Notes under the pieces: generated by a model
What the model was told of the DNA's origin: nothing
What the model saw: only the letters and a program-made list of their open reading frames with translations
Databases searched by the model: none
Shown: positions 1-13,100 of the stretch, piece by piece
Numbering within the stretch: the stretch's first letter is position 1
Layout of the letters: each line of letters opens with the position of its first letter
Assembly (NCBI RefSeq): GCF_006345805.1
Contig: NC_043008.1
Span: 51,336,001-51,400,000 of the forward strand
Direction: 5' to 3'
From: Octopus sinensis
Taxonomy: Eukaryota
Length of the DNA: 64,000 nucleotides
Program-made: the position numbers and the translations under genes

Positions 1-1330
1 AACCACCACCTCCACCAACTCCATTGGAAATTAGGCCATCAGAAAGGGATAAATATATTTTGTTTATTGTTTTATTTTTAGTCAGGGTACAATGTACAAA
101 GCCCTCACCCCACTCCTACCTTAAGTATATTTTGTCAGATCTTCTGAGGTTGCCAGGGGTTGTCATCAACATTAACTCATATCTGAGTAGTTAATCTGTA
201 GTAAGTGATTGAGCATCTTCATCTTAATGGGTGCAAAGTGCTCCGGTGCCTGAAGTGCTTGTTCAGGCCAAGGGTGGCATAGAAGAGCTGAGTGGTCTTG
301 AGCTGGTCTCGGAAATGAAATAAGGGGGCTCTGTATGGTCTAGTGCTTGAGGCCAGCTCTGCAAAGAGGAACTGAAGAGGGAGGTGTGCTCCTGAAATTA
401 GAGTGCAGGCCTAAAAGCTTGCAACAGAGTGAACTCTGCTGAAGTTACCCAAGGACCAGGTGCTGGTGTTAAACAAAGTGATGGATTAAAGTCTGGCTTT
501 CTTCAACAATAGCACAATACCAGCACGGAAAACGAACATTATCATTTTTGTTACTATATTTACATTGGAATACACTGCTGTCATTTCATTTAACTCTAAA
601 AATAATGAAGAACATGTTAAGATAACTTTGTCATTACGGAGCTAGTGTTTAGGACAAAAATTAACACAAAATTTTGATGGAAGGCTTAACATTTTAGCAT
701 TCAATTTACTCTTTCAAATGTAAGGCTTATTCAGCCACATTATTTTGAATTAGTCATGTATTATCTTGTAGCAAAGACATTTTCATGATGTGAATGCTTA
801 GTTTTAGCAAGACACTGTAGGATAGTTTTGAGAGGCCAGATATGGCCAGTTTAAATTTAGATCACTTTTATAGGTGGTCAGCTCACAGAATCATTAGTAT
901 CGAAGGCAAAAATCTTAGTAGCATTTTGTCCATCATTATGTTGTGAGTTTAAATACCACCAAGATCAACATTGCTTTTCCTCCTCTGGGGATTGATAGAT
1001 TAAGTACCAATTAAGTACTGGGGGTCAACATAACTGATTTAACCCCCCCACCTAGTATTCCTGACCTTGTGCCAAAATTTGGGGCCAATTTTGAAGCTAA
1101 AACAAGAAGTTTGCATGAGTGATCCAGGGGCAGCCTCAGGTTAGTTGGTATCAAACAGGTTAAATAATGTTGATGATGATGAGTGATGTCATAGGACTTT
1201 GGGGAGGGGCCTTACAAATAGAATAGCCTAGGGTTTCCTGTCATGTAAATCCAGCACTGCTTGAAATATTTAATGAGTCACTTGAGTTCTAAGATTTCTA
1301 AGTTCTAACCCCTGTTGAGAAGAGTTTTAC

Positions 1331-1440
1331 ATGGTTTTTAATTCCAGGGACCAACAAAACGAATGTGTCGGTCAGATAAATAATGGGGTCAATATAATCA
1401 AAAATTGATGGTTTTAGGTTGAACGTCTCCAAGTTGACAA
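1331..1440 (-). CDS. Candidate exon VNLETFNLKPSIFDYIDPIIYLTDTFVLLVPGIKNH
   Basis: Good acceptor gttcttgttttag|, open for 36 codons, weaker donor CAT|gtaaaa; not phase-compatible with the 4367 candidate; part resembles decayed SINE B. Confidence 0.2.
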
Positions 1441-1750
1441 CTAAAACAAGAACATGAGCTGGAGGGATTGAACATAGCAGGAGGACTGAATGAAGATCTG
1501 GTGGGGGGGGGTATGTGTGGTGAGAGGAGAGGTTTATGGATGATAAGAGGAACAGATGGTGTAGATGTATGTATATGTTAAGTGAAGGTAGAGAACACAG
1601 TTGCCAAGGGGTGCATTCGACCAGCAGTCTCCAGACTTACTTTTGCACATGGACTTGGTTTCATGTGAGACAATCTTTTCCGCCTATGAGAGAATTGAAG
1701 AGCATAACAAAAAAAATAAAGTGTGCAATATATACTTTAGCAAAGGTGTG

Positions 1751-2035
1751 TAGCTTAGTGGTTAGGGTATTCAGCTTATGAGTTCAATTCCTGGCCTCGC
1801 ATTGTGTCCTTGAGCAAGACACTTTATTTCTCTTTGTTCTAGTCCATTCAGCTGACAACAATAAGTAGTACCTGTATTTCAAAGGGACAGCCTTGTTACA
1901 CTCTAAGTCACACCGAATCATCTCCCTGAGTACAACATTAAGGGTACACGTGTCTGTGGAGGGGTCAGCTACATACACATTAATTCTACAAGCAGGTTGT
2001 TCATCAATCAAATCATCTAACTGATGGAGTGCCTT
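1751..2035 (+). mobile_element. SINE family C, diverged copy
   Basis: Similar to the reverse complement of 26336-26711 (tRNA-like head, gtgtccttgagcaagacac, ttaagggtacacgtgtctgtgga). Confidence 0.75.
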
Positions 2036-2098
2036 ACACTTTAGTTATCATATATATAATACATATATAGATAACACATTGTATAATACATATGTATA

Positions 2099-2506
2099 GG
2101 TGCAGGAGTGGCTGTGTGGTAAGTAGCTTGCTAACCAACCACATGGTTCCGGGTTCAGTCCCACTGCATGGCATCTTGGGCAAGTGTCTTCTGCTATAGC
2201 CCCAGGCCGACCAATGCCTTGTGAGTGGATTTGGTAGACAGAAACTGAAAGAAGCCTGTCATATATATGTATATATATATATGTGTGTGTGTGTGTGCGT
2301 GTTTGTCCCCCTAGCATTGCTTGACAACCGATGCTGGTGTGTTTGCGTCCCCGTCACTTAGCAGTTCGGCAAAAGAGACCGATAGAATAAGTACTGGGCT
2401 TACAAAGAATAAGTCCCGGGGTCGATTTGCTCGACTGAAGGCGGTGCTCCAGCATGGCCGCAGTCAAATGACTGAAACAAGTAAAAGAGTAAAGAGTAAA
2501 AGAGTA
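2099..2506 (+). mobile_element. SINE family A (tRNA head, CORE-like middle, internal (TA)n(TG)n, (aaagagt)n tail)
   Basis: A-box-like tggctgtgtgg and B-box-like ggttcagtccc; more than 10 copies in the window; may correspond to a published octopus OK/OR SINE (not verified). Confidence 0.9.
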
Positions 2507-2569
2507 TATATATATATATATTGATTGATTTTTGCTACTTTTTTCCTCTCTGCCTGTGTGGATTGTTTT

Positions 2570-2765
2570 CAAGTATTTTGGTTTTTCTGGGAGTCCCTTT
2601 TTATAGTAGAAGAAATAGCTAACGTTTTTTGGCTGCTATTTCTAAACTTCGGTATGTGGTAAAGCAACTCTTTGCTGAACCCTAATTATTAAGTATTACT
2701 TAAGTTTACCATGCAATGGTCCTTTTTTCATGCCGAATTCTACTTGGTGAAATTATTGATTACTT
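2570..2765 (-). mobile_element. TA-flanked interspersed repeat, same family as 32650-33220
   Basis: ctatttctaaacttcggtatgtggtaa matches 33158-33184. Confidence 0.65.
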
Positions 2766-2814
2766 CTTAATTAATTTATTATATATACATATATATATAT
2801 ATAACACATTATAT

Positions 2815-3085
2815 AATACATATATAATGCAATAAGACCCTGCAGGCTACCACAGTCAATGAAATAGAAATAAAATTAAACTCTTTAGCATTTAAACTAG
2901 CCATACCTGGACAAAATAATATTCTGATTGTTTTATAAATTATTTACATTTGATGGATATTTGTCCTCATCTTGTTTGTTGTTAACACAACGTTTCGGCT
3001 GATATACCCTCCAGCCTTCTTCAGGTGTCTTGGGAAAATTTCGAACCTGAGTTCTCATTCCTAAGGTATTTCTTTCGATGTTATT
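2815..3085 (-). mobile_element. Penelope-like-element-derived repeat carrying a hammerhead motif
   Basis: Next to (TA)n and contains the motif at 2984-3029; a truncated relative lies near 37545-37590. Confidence 0.55.
2984..3029 (-). ncRNA. Minimal type I hammerhead ribozyme (Penelope type)
   Basis: Minus strand: gacac CUGAAGA a ggcug-gaggguauau-cagcc GAAA CG UU guguu; stem I gacac/guguu, 5-bp stem II, palindromic ACGU in place of stem III. Confidence 0.7.
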
Positions 3086-3087
3086 AT

Positions 3088-3365
3088 TGCCAGCCACGTC
3101 TGGCCCCCGTGCCGGTGGCACGTAAAAGGCACCATCTGATCGTGGCCGTTTGCCAGCCTCGTCTGGCACCTGTGCAGGTGGCACATAAAAAGCACCCACT
3201 ACACTCTCGGAGTGGTTGGCATTAGGAAGGGCATCCAGCTGTAGAAACACTGCCAGATCAGACCAGGCCTGGCGCAGCCTCCTGGCTTCCCAGACCCCAG
3301 TTGAACCATCCAACCCATGCTAGCATGGAAAACGGACGTTAAACGATGATGATGATGATGATGAT
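3088..3365 (+). mobile_element. SINE family D with (GAT)n tail and a ~62-bp internal 5' duplication
   Basis: ggagtggttggcattaggaagggcatccagctgtagaaac...ggacgttaaacgatgatgatg; second copy at 11783-11966. Confidence 0.85.
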
Positions 3366-4366
3366 TATTCAGGTCACTGCCTGGAATCGAACTCAGAATC
3401 TTGGGGTTAGTAGCCCGTGCTCTGATCATGGGTCTTCTGGATACGGACTAAACAGGAACAAAACAATAACAAGAAGGGATTAAATAGGTTAGACACATTA
3501 TGTCTTTATAAACGATGGAATAGTCATGGCTGGATTACTTTAATCACAGCTCTGTCAAATCATGGCTGACCAACAACCACAAAAATGAACACATTAGGTA
3601 ATATAACCCGAGATACACTACGTTTGAATCAAAAAATAACTGGATGGTCATGACCAGGATGTCTCTGATTATAAGACCGACTGGATCAAAAGTGACCTAG
3701 GGCTAGAAAAAAAACCAGAAAAGCTTTCAATGGATTTGAACTCATGACCCTTGGCCCTTAACATAAGGGTCCAGCACTATAACCACACAACCATTCCACA
3801 GAAAATTCTGTTGTGTAGAATTACTGTTTATTAAATAACTGTGATACTACAGTTTTTGTTGATGTTCAACAACAGGGGACATCCCTGATCAAGCAGACCT
3901 ATAGCCACCCTTTGTTTTTAGGGGTATGCACAGGGCTTACATTGTTCAATCTATGTCTTTCTGTTTATCTCTAAGAAGGTAGGTTTGATCCGAGTAACAT
4001 TTGGCTACTATACCTGAGAGAGATTTAGCTGCTATTTCTAAAAGATCAAACAACTGTGGCACCCTTGTCAGTTTATTACTTAGCCCAGATCAGGTCAGAT
4101 TTAGTAGATTTATGATTAAAGAGATTCCAGCCTTGATCATTCTTTCTCTTACTGAGATTGTCAATCTTAGACAGCATTAACCAATGTGTCCTTCCCTTTA
4201 TAAGATTGTAGGATGTGATTCAATAAAGATTTTACAGCTATTTCATGCAGGTCACAAGTTGGTTTAGTGGTTCTAGGGTTTAAGAAAAGTATGTTGTGAA
4301 TATGTGCTATGAAAATAGACTATAGCATAAAACCACAAACACTAATGTATTTATGGTCGTATTTAC

Positions 4367-4404
4367 CTGGAACAGTTACTGAATCTTTCACTGTAACCAC
4401 TCTG
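4367..4404 (-). CDS. Candidate small exon QSGYSERFSNCS(R/S)
   Basis: Acceptor ttttcag| and donor CAG|gtaaat; phase-0 start fits the 4630 exon; only 38 nt and no homology recognised. Confidence 0.25.
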
Positions 4405-4629
4405 CTGAAAATCCAAGTTTATGGGCAGCAAGAGAACCACCACCACCACCACCACAAGATGCAGTCCATGTTGTAGTTTGATGATCTGTCTGCCTCAATG
4501 ACCTCAAGAGCTATGCCAGCAGAGCAATAAGCCTCAGGTAAAGCTATTAATGCTTCACAGATCAAAGGAGAGAGACCAGGCTAATATGATTTTATTTTAC
4601 ACATTTCCCTCTCGGATTCACACACTTAC

Positions 4630-4709
4630 TGTAGAGCGGTCCTTCAGTTTTTCTAAGTGCTGTAAAAGAACTCGGAAGGCTGGGCCTCCAACCAGGCCTT
4701 TCATGATAC
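4630..4709 (-). CDS. Internal coding exon (G)IMKGLVGGPAFRVLLQHLEKLKDRST
   Basis: Acceptor gctttacag|, donor ACA|gtaagt; 80 nt = 2 + 26 codons with no stop; phase matches the 15837 exon. Confidence 0.6.
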
Positions 4710-5173
4710 CTGTAAAGCCAAGAACTTTTCAGCAAACCCCACATATGGTCTGTTTCATTGCACTCATGAATGCCAAAGTGTGCAATATGCAATATGGTCC
4801 TCAGTTAGGTCATGATGTGATATAAACTGAAGAAGTAGATATTTTAGGTTGCTTCTGGTCATTTAGCTCGGAACCTAAAGTATTACAAGGTTATGGCCCT
4901 ATGTGAGTTGAACCTGGAGCTACAAAACAACAACAAGCAATGCAATGATCCTGGGTTCAAACCAGGAACCAGCTCCTGATGCTAAATCAGGTGATAGTTT
5001 ATATTTGTCACTCAACCAAGCCACAACTGGATTGGAACTTGGAATGAAATGATCCAGGATCAACATGGAACTTCCTGTCTGATACCCCAACAATTCTACA
5101 AAGCCACTGCCCAAGTCTGCAACTTTCTTCATCAACACTCACAAGGATGTACCTAAAGCCACTTCTGCATCTG

Positions 5174-5368
5174 TACTCTTTTACTTGTTTCAGTCATTTG
5201 ACTGCGGCCATGCTGGAGCACCGCCTTTAGTCGAGCAAATCGACCCCGGGACTTATTCTTTGTAAGCCCAGTACTTATTCTATCAGTCTCTTTTTTCCGA
5301 ACTGCAAAGTGACGGGACGTAAACACACCAGCATCGGTTGTCAAGCAATGCTAGGGGGACAAACACAG

Positions 5369-5399
<31 letters not shown>

Positions 5400-5570
5400 C
5401 ATATATACGACAGGCTTCTTTCAGTTTCCGTCTACCAAATCCACTCACAAAGCATTGGTCGGCTTGGGGCTATAGCAGAAAGCACTTGCCGAACATGCCA
5501 CACATTGGGACTGAACCCGGAACCATGTGGTTGGTTAGCAAGCTACTTACCACACAGCCACTCCTGCGCC
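5174..5570 (-). mobile_element. SINE family A, near full length
   Basis: Reverse complement of 2099-2506. Confidence 0.9.
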
Positions 5571-6060
5571 TATATGATATATATTGATATATATTGGACC
5601 GATTCAATCACTGTTCATCTACAGACACATGACTTTCATAACGGAACATACATTTCAGATCTAGTAAGTCAATGAATTCCTACATACATGCTGATCATAC
5701 TCAGTATAGCAGGCAACCAGCCCTCAAATGATGCCATACCATCTTAGAAACAGGGTCAGTTTGAATCAAAGAGAAAGACAACTTGAATCACCAAGCGAGG
5801 TATGTACATACAAGATAAGCTCAATAGTGGAGCTGGCTTGCCTTTAACAAACCTTCCACTGGCTTTGAAACCGGGTCAGTTTGAATCACACAGAAACCAT
5901 GTATAATACAATGGATAGACTCTATAGGGATTGAACTAATGTCTTTATACTCGTGAACCCATTAGGGCATGTGGTGACCCAAAGTCTTAAATTAATTCTT
6001 AAACTTTTTAAATGCTCTAGTGACTTATGGGTCATACTGCATATATATATACATATACAG

Positions 6061-6199
6061 TTTTTGTTTACCAAATCCACCCACAAGGCTTTGGTCAGCC
6101 TAAGGCTATTGAGGAAGAGACTTGCCCAAGGTCCCACACAGTCGGACTGAATCCAGAATCATGTGGTTGGGCAGCAAACTTCTTACCACACAGCCATGC
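6061..6199 (-). mobile_element. SINE family A, head fragment
   Basis: Matches the 5' ~140 nt of family A. Confidence 0.75.
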
Positions 6200-6215
6200 C
6201 AGCACCCACACACAC

Positions 6216-6246
<31 letters not shown>

Positions 6247-6634
6247 TATATACTATCGAAACAAACTCGGCGTTGCTCGGGTTTGTTTCGACCCTTTAGA
6301 ATTGGAATTTTTGAAAAGTAAAAATTTTGCATTGTGTAGCTTGTTATTCTCTTTAAATGAACATTTTTCTGGTTGAAATACACTAAAAAATGGCAACACA
6401 GCAGTAAAAAAAATCGTAAAAAATAGGGATGTAAATAATTTTTGGTGTTAACATTTGAATTTTTCTTCCACAGAAGAAAGAGCAAGCCTTCTTCTATCAC
6501 ACTCTCAATTTTGGTCAACTTGCGCCACAGGGTCTCGGAGGAGATAGTGTTAGTTGAAGGCTACCAAACCTGCCATACACAGACAACTTCAGAGTTATAT
6601 ATAGAAAGATATATACATTTGTGTGTGTGTGTGT

Positions 6635-6840
6635 CAGGAGTGGCTGTGGGGTAAGTAGCTTGCTTACCAACCACATGGTAGTGGGTTCAGTCCCACTGCG
6701 TGGTACCATGGGCAAGTGTCTTCTACTATGGCCTCAGGCCAACAAAAGACTTGTGAGTGGATTTGGTAGATGGAAACTGAAAGAAGCCCATTGTATATAT
6801 ACACACACAAACACACATACATATATATACACACACACAC

Positions 6841-6871
<31 letters not shown>

Positions 6872-7100
6872 TATGTGTGAGTGTGTCCTTGTATGTGTTT
6901 TGCTCCCACCACCATCGCTTGACAACCAATGCTAGTGTGTTCATGTCCCTGTAACTTAGCGGTTTGGCAAAAGAGATTGATAGAATAAGTACTAGGCTTG
7001 GTTTATAAAGAATAAGTCCTGGGGTCGATTTGTTTGACTAAAGGTAGTGTTCCAGCATGGCCACAGTCAAATGACTGAAACAAATAAACGAATAAAAAAA
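6635..7100 (+). mobile_element. SINE family A
   Basis: Head, internal microsatellite and tail as in 2099-2506. Confidence 0.9.
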
Positions 7101-7411
7101 TATATATGTCTGTGTGTGATATATATATATATATATATATCGAAGAACAAGTAGAAAATAAAGATTATCTCTGGCTGTAAGTAATACACGATCTCTGACT
7201 GTAGGCTTGGTTGCAGGAGGAGGTAAGAGGCTCAGCTAAAACTCTAGGGTATGCTTCAAAAGCTGCTACCTCGGTTGTTATTTAATACAGCGCTTCATAA
7301 AATGAGAAATGTAAACTAAAGGAAAGGTGGTGTGGGGGCAAAGAGAGGGGAATAGATGTATGCCCGTGTGTGTGTGAATGCACACATGTATGTGCATATA
7401 TATATATATAT

Positions 7412-7444
<33 letters not shown>

Positions 7445-7472
7445 GTATATATTATATATATATAATATATAC

Positions 7473-7508
<36 letters not shown>

Positions 7509-8817
7509 ATGTATATATATATATATATATTATATATATGCATAAACACATGAGTAAACAAATTCACAGCAAAGTGTACTGTCAAACAATATATGAAATG
7601 AAAATCTGTGTGGTGCATGTCTGTCTGTCTGTCTGCCATTTTCTTTGTCTGGTTCCCTCTGTACCAATTAACTTTCTATTGCCTCCCTGGGACCTTAAAT
7701 AACTGGATACTGTCGACATGGTTATAGCACAACTAAAACAAAAAAAGATAAAGACATGATGGTCGTGGCTAGATCTACTTTGATTATAGTTTTGCTTAAT
7801 ATGTCCTAACCTAGGACACTAAACATAAAGAGAAAGCCATATTCAGAAGTCATTCAATCTGCTTGAAATAGCAGCTAATTCTCTCTCAAATTACACACTA
7901 CCATCATTTTAATGACAGGAGTGCTTCATCACTATTTTTCATGTCAACTTTCCCATCCCTGCATGAGTCCGATGAAATTTGTTGAGGCAAATTTTCTGCA
8001 CTTGGATGCCCTCCCTGTCACCAACCTTCATCTGATTCCAGGCAAGGTAATATTTCTCCATGTCTAAGGCAGTGAGCTGGCAGAATCTTTAGCATGCCGG
8101 GAAAAACGTTAAGCCACATTTCTTCCATCGTTACATTCTAAGCAGGGACATGCCGGCAAGGTAGGCAAGGTAGGCAATGCCTACCTTGAATAAAACAGAT
8201 TTATAGCAACATCTTCCTCTCATGGCAAAATAGGCACCAGATGCTATAAAATTATGAAAGATTCTCTGATTACTATGCGTAAAATGCAAAATGTTTTATT
8301 GTTTTTGTAGATTAGATAGGCATAATTCATCCTTGCCTTTCAATCTCAGTATTTAAGCTGAGCTTAGTACTGCTGTAACACATGTGCTGCATGCATTCCT
8401 ACAACATTTTCTTTACGTGCTATAAAGACAGAAATAAATCTGCCTTCCTCTCAGTCGTATGTCTGTGTTTCACTTATTTTTTGTCTGTTTTCCTACATAA
8501 ATGTCACCAACTGCCTACCCTGAGTAATTACTCACAGTATGTGCCTGGTTCTAAGTTCAAATTCCACCGAGGTCAACTCTACTTTTCTTCCTCCCTGGGT
8601 CAACACAATAAGTACCAGTTAAAACCCAGGGTTGAGATAATTAGTTCATCCCCTCTCCATTGTTGCTGGCCTTATGCCAAAATTTCAAACCAATATTTCT
8701 CGTGGCTGGATATGTTTCCAAGGAACATGGGACAAAACTGACGCTATTTGTATAAAGGCGATGTCCATTATAAGTATGGTGTTGTGTCAAGTTGAGAACA
8801 GAGATACACACACACAC

Positions 8818-9205
8818 ATTCTTTTATTCTTTTACTTGTTTCAGTCATTTGACTGTGGCCATGCTGGAGTACCACCTTGAAGGTTTTTAGTCAAACAAAT
8901 TGACCCCAGGACTTATTTCTTAAGCCTTGTACTTATTCTAATGGTCTCTTTTGCTGAACTGCTAAGTAATAGTGACATAAACACACCAACACAGGTTGTC
9001 AAGTGGTGATGGCATTAAAGCCATGTGCCATCACACACACACACACACATGTATTTGAGAGGTTTCCTTCAGTTTCCATCTACCAAACCCACTCACAAGG
9101 TTTGGTTGGCTGAGGTTATAGTAAAAGACACTTGCCCAAGATGCCATGCAGTAGGACTGAACCTGGAACCATGTGGTTGGGAAGCAAGTTTCTTGCTACA
9201 CAGCC
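8818..9205 (-). mobile_element. SINE family A, diverged
   Basis: cttgtttcagtcatttgactgtggccatgctggag ... gaacctggaaccatgtggttg. Confidence 0.85.
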
Positions 9206-9249
9206 AAGGCTGCACCTGTGTGTGTGTGTGCGTGTGTGTGTGTGTGTGT

Positions 9250-9520
9250 GTGATGGCACATGGCTTTGTGGTTAGCAGTGTTACACTCATGATCATGATG
9301 TGAGACCATGGTTTCAATTCTCAGACTGGTTGCATATTGTATTCTTGAGCAAGACACTTCACTTCCCATTGCTCCAGTCCACTCAGTTGCAAAAAGGTAC
9401 ACCCTATGATGAACTGACATTCTGATCAGAGTGGGGTGGATGTTGGCCTGCTTGTCAAGCCAGCAGGGTGGTATTATTCAAAAGCTAAAATAATGTGAAG
9501 CGCATTGTGACTAGTGATGT
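9250..9520 (+). mobile_element. Degraded SINE, family C-like
   Basis: tRNA-like head and ttgagcaagacacttcact...ctccagtccactcag shared with 61135-61440. Confidence 0.55.
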
Positions 9521-9799
9521 AGAACATCCTTTAGTATGATCGATACTGTGACACACACACACACATACATGTACATATATATGACAGGCTTCTTTCAGTT
9601 TCTTTCTATTTAATCCACTCACAAAGCTTTAATCTGTACAGGGTTATAGAAGACATTTGCCTAAGTGCCCCATAGTGGAACTGAACCTATAATTACAAGG
9701 TTGGGAACCAAACCTCTTAACTAGTAGTCACAAATCATTGGGATGGTGACAGTTGGAACAAGGTATTTGGCTTAGATATTACAAATAGCACCAACCTTA

Positions 9800-9975
9800 T
9801 GGTAACAATCTAGATATTTCATTTGATCATAAGACAGATAAGCATTATTTCTACAAGAAGCCAAATGAGGAAGTGTATATACATCCACAAATATTCGAAT
9901 GTTGCCCCCCACCTATCAACTATAATTAGAAACCTAATTACTGGTATAAATAGGAAAGTTACCAGCCCATCCTTA
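9800..9975 (+). pseudogene. Penelope-like element reverse transcriptase C-terminal fragment
   Basis: NLDISFDHKTDKHYFYKKPNEE / IYIHKYSN...IIRNLITGINRKVTS, frameshifted; resembles the recalled PLE motif FLDxT..Y.KP....YI...SNHP..I. Confidence 0.6.
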
Positions 9976-10370
9976 GGCAGGGAAAGTGTTGGTAAAACAG
10001 CCCCGTATTATAATCAGGTGCTAGACAGGAGTGGTTTCAGTGAGAAGTAAGTTTACAGAGAGGATGTTCCCTACAGTCCTAGATCAGACAAGAGTTAAGA
10101 AGGGTTAAGTAATTTAGTTTATCCCCCACTTCCAACTTAGACATCACCTTAAATGTAGCTAAGAATTTACTATCCTTTGAAAGGTACCACTTTTCACCAA
10201 CAAATATAATAAATTCCTTAACTGATAAAACATAAATGCTAGTTATTCTTGCATAGATAGTATAACCTTAAGTATTATAAATCACAACCAATATCTTGCA
10301 TCTACACAGCTATCACTAACAGCCAATGTGCAACAGTCGAAATCAGATTATTTGTCCTCTTAGACTCAAA

Positions 10371-10615
10371 GAGTGGTTCTCAACCATTTTTGCCTATGGA
10401 CCCTTTTGATTCCTATTTTACTCTACTGGTCCCCCATAGCCATTCAGTGCCTAAATAAAATCCTAATATGTTTTTATAACTGAATATTCTTAGGAATAGT
10501 ATTAAAAAGATTGTTGAACTATTTAGTGTATAGTGAAAGTATAACCAATTTTATTGCACATAAATTTTAATAACAAAATCTTATATGGACGCCCCAAGGG
10601 CCATATCTTTCCAAA
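10371..10615 (+). mobile_element. hAT/Charlie-like MITE remnant
   Basis: Starts gagtggttctcaacc, similar to the CAGTGGTTCTCAACC terminal repeat; the other end was not found. Confidence 0.45.
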
Positions 10616-11439
10616 GGAGTATTATATATGAAGCATGAATTTCAACTGAGATAGGCCATGATCTTTCCAAAGGAGTATTATACACAAAACATCAATTTCA
10701 CTACTTGGTAATATCAAAAAGAAATATAGAGGGCATACAACTAACAACATGAACCTCTTTAAGTCTAGGAGAAGGGAAAAATCTTGATTTATCTAGAGAC
10801 TCAGGAACCAAGAGTACCTTAGAACAGCTTAGAATATGGCTGAGGTAACCAATGGTTAGGTAACTGAAGGCTTTATTTATCTGAAAAATTCCAGGTATTG
10901 AAATAGCATGTGTTGTACTTCAATAGAAAGTCTGAAGTATTTTCTAACTGCCATCACCAGCAGACATATCTTTTGTAACTTCTCAAGCTGGCTGAATATC
11001 TGATGGCAAGCAGTACAGATTCATGATTACAAACCACATGAACCATGCTGAGTGGCTTTGTCTTATCGATGAATGTAGACTTCAGGCATGTTGTCCCTTT
11101 TACATGTTAGTTTGATTTAACCATTCAGACCACATGCCAACTTTGGTCAATAACAACAGACATTTCTAACAAAGCATAAGGTGCAACTCTAGCACCAAAT
11201 TGCAGTTATGCCTCTGTTTACGCTTAAACGCATTACATGCATATTTATTAGATATTTACACACACACACACACACGATGAGGATACATGTGTACATAAAC
11301 ATTATTGTATGTATAAAAGATGCATATACAATTATGGATGATATATGCACATATATTTATATATATACATATGTATCAATACATAAGTGCTTGTATATGT
11401 AAACACACACATATATACACATATACACAGCGCACAAAC

Positions 11440-11601
11440 TAACATATACAGGAACAGTATGCACACAATATATATTTAAATATAACCTGCATACACATAT
11501 ATAGATACATTCTATATACATTTAAACACACACACACACATATATAAACAAAATATGGACATATAAGCATTATACACATACAAACTCTACAAGCATGTAT
11601 G

Positions 11602-11644
<43 letters not shown>

Positions 11645-12192
11645 TCTATTTATATATATATATATACATATAGGAACAGTATGTACACAATATATATTTA
11701 AATATAAACTGCATACACATATATAGATATATTCAATATACATTTAAACACACACACACATATATAAACAAAATACAGTATATGTGGCACGTAAAAAGCA
11801 CCCACTACACTCACGGAGTGGTTGGTGTTAGGAAGAGCATCCAGCTGTAGAAACATTGCCAGATAAGACTGGAGCCTAGTGCAGCCTTCTGGCTTCCCAG
11901 ATCCCCGGTCGAACCGTTCAACCCATGCTAGCATGGAGAATGGACGTTAAACGATGATGATGATGATATATATATAAACCTCTATCTATATATATATATA
12001 TAAACCTCTATTTATATATATATATATACCTCTATTTATATATATAATATATACCTCTATTTATATATATATATATATACCTCTATTTATATATATATAT
12101 ATATACCTCTATTTATATATATATATATAATATATATATGTATATAAATATATATATATAGTATATATATATATATGTATATATAATATATG

Positions 12193-12224
<32 letters not shown>

Positions 12225-12250
12225 CATATATATATAATTTTAAGCATATA
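11440..12250. repeat. Local ~225-bp-period duplication plus (TA)n-acctctatt minisatellite, interrupted by SINE D
   Basis: ggaacagtatg(c/t)acacaatatatatttaaatataa occurs near 11451 and 11673; repeated tatatatacctctatt units. Confidence 0.8.
11783..11966 (+). mobile_element. SINE family D, 5'-truncated
   Basis: Matches 3178-3365. Confidence 0.85.
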
Positions 12251-12735
12251 CACATAAACATTGTATACATAAACCTATGTATAATCACTATTGACATACA
12301 TACATGCATACAAACACACAATTTATATAGACATCTGTGTGTGTGTGTGTGTGTATAAATGCATACACGCACACACAATATAAACACAATCATTTATGTA
12401 AAGACGACATATATTTCCATGTAAGCGCTTTATACACACAAATACTATATAGGTTATATACACCTATACTGTCATGTAAAACCTACATATATATACATGT
12501 AAACCCTGCTCGGTCATACTTATAAACCTTTGGAGAATATATAATACTTTATATTGGTACTTCTTTCAGGGAGTGCAATGCGGCCATGCTGGGGCATTGT
12601 GTTGTATAAGTAAACAAATCAACAGCAGTACATGTTCTGAAGGCCTCTTTGGTCTGAACTGCTACGTTGCAGGGGATAAGGTGGGGGATGTAAACAAAGC
12701 AACACGAGTTGTAAAGAAGTGAAGGTACAAAGACG

Positions 12736-12768
<33 letters not shown>

Positions 12769-12779
12769 AAATGTATACA

Positions 12780-12921
12780 CAATCCAGAGAGACAGACAGA
12801 CAGACAGACAGATAGATAGATAGATAGATAGGGAGAGAGAGAGAGAGAGAGATAGAGAGAGACAGACAGACAGACAGACAAATAGATAGATAGAGAGAGA
12901 GAGATAGATAGATAGAGAGAA

Positions 12922-12953
<32 letters not shown>

Positions 12954-12957
12954 TCAA

Positions 12958-12992
<35 letters not shown>

Positions 12993-13033
12993 AATAGATA
13001 GATAGATAGAGAGAGAGAGATAGATAGAGAGAA

Positions 13034-13065
<32 letters not shown>

Positions 13066-13100
13066 AGTCAAATAGATAGATAGACAGACAGACAGACACA
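12780..13100. repeat. Compound (GACA)/(GATA)/(GA)n microsatellite
   Basis: Read directly from sequence. Confidence 0.95.

Noticed and set aside
130-530. Retroelement or exon on the minus strand
   Set aside because: Frames are interrupted and no diagnostic motif could be assigned
4920-5138. 72-aa minus-strand ORF as an extra host exon
   Set aside because: No clear splice sites; its end resembles a dispersed repeat (gttgttgtt...agctccaggt) also near 39590
10860-11210. LINE C-terminal relic
   Set aside because: Only a vague WHVV*M resemblance to the RW.GHV.RM motif; not enough to call
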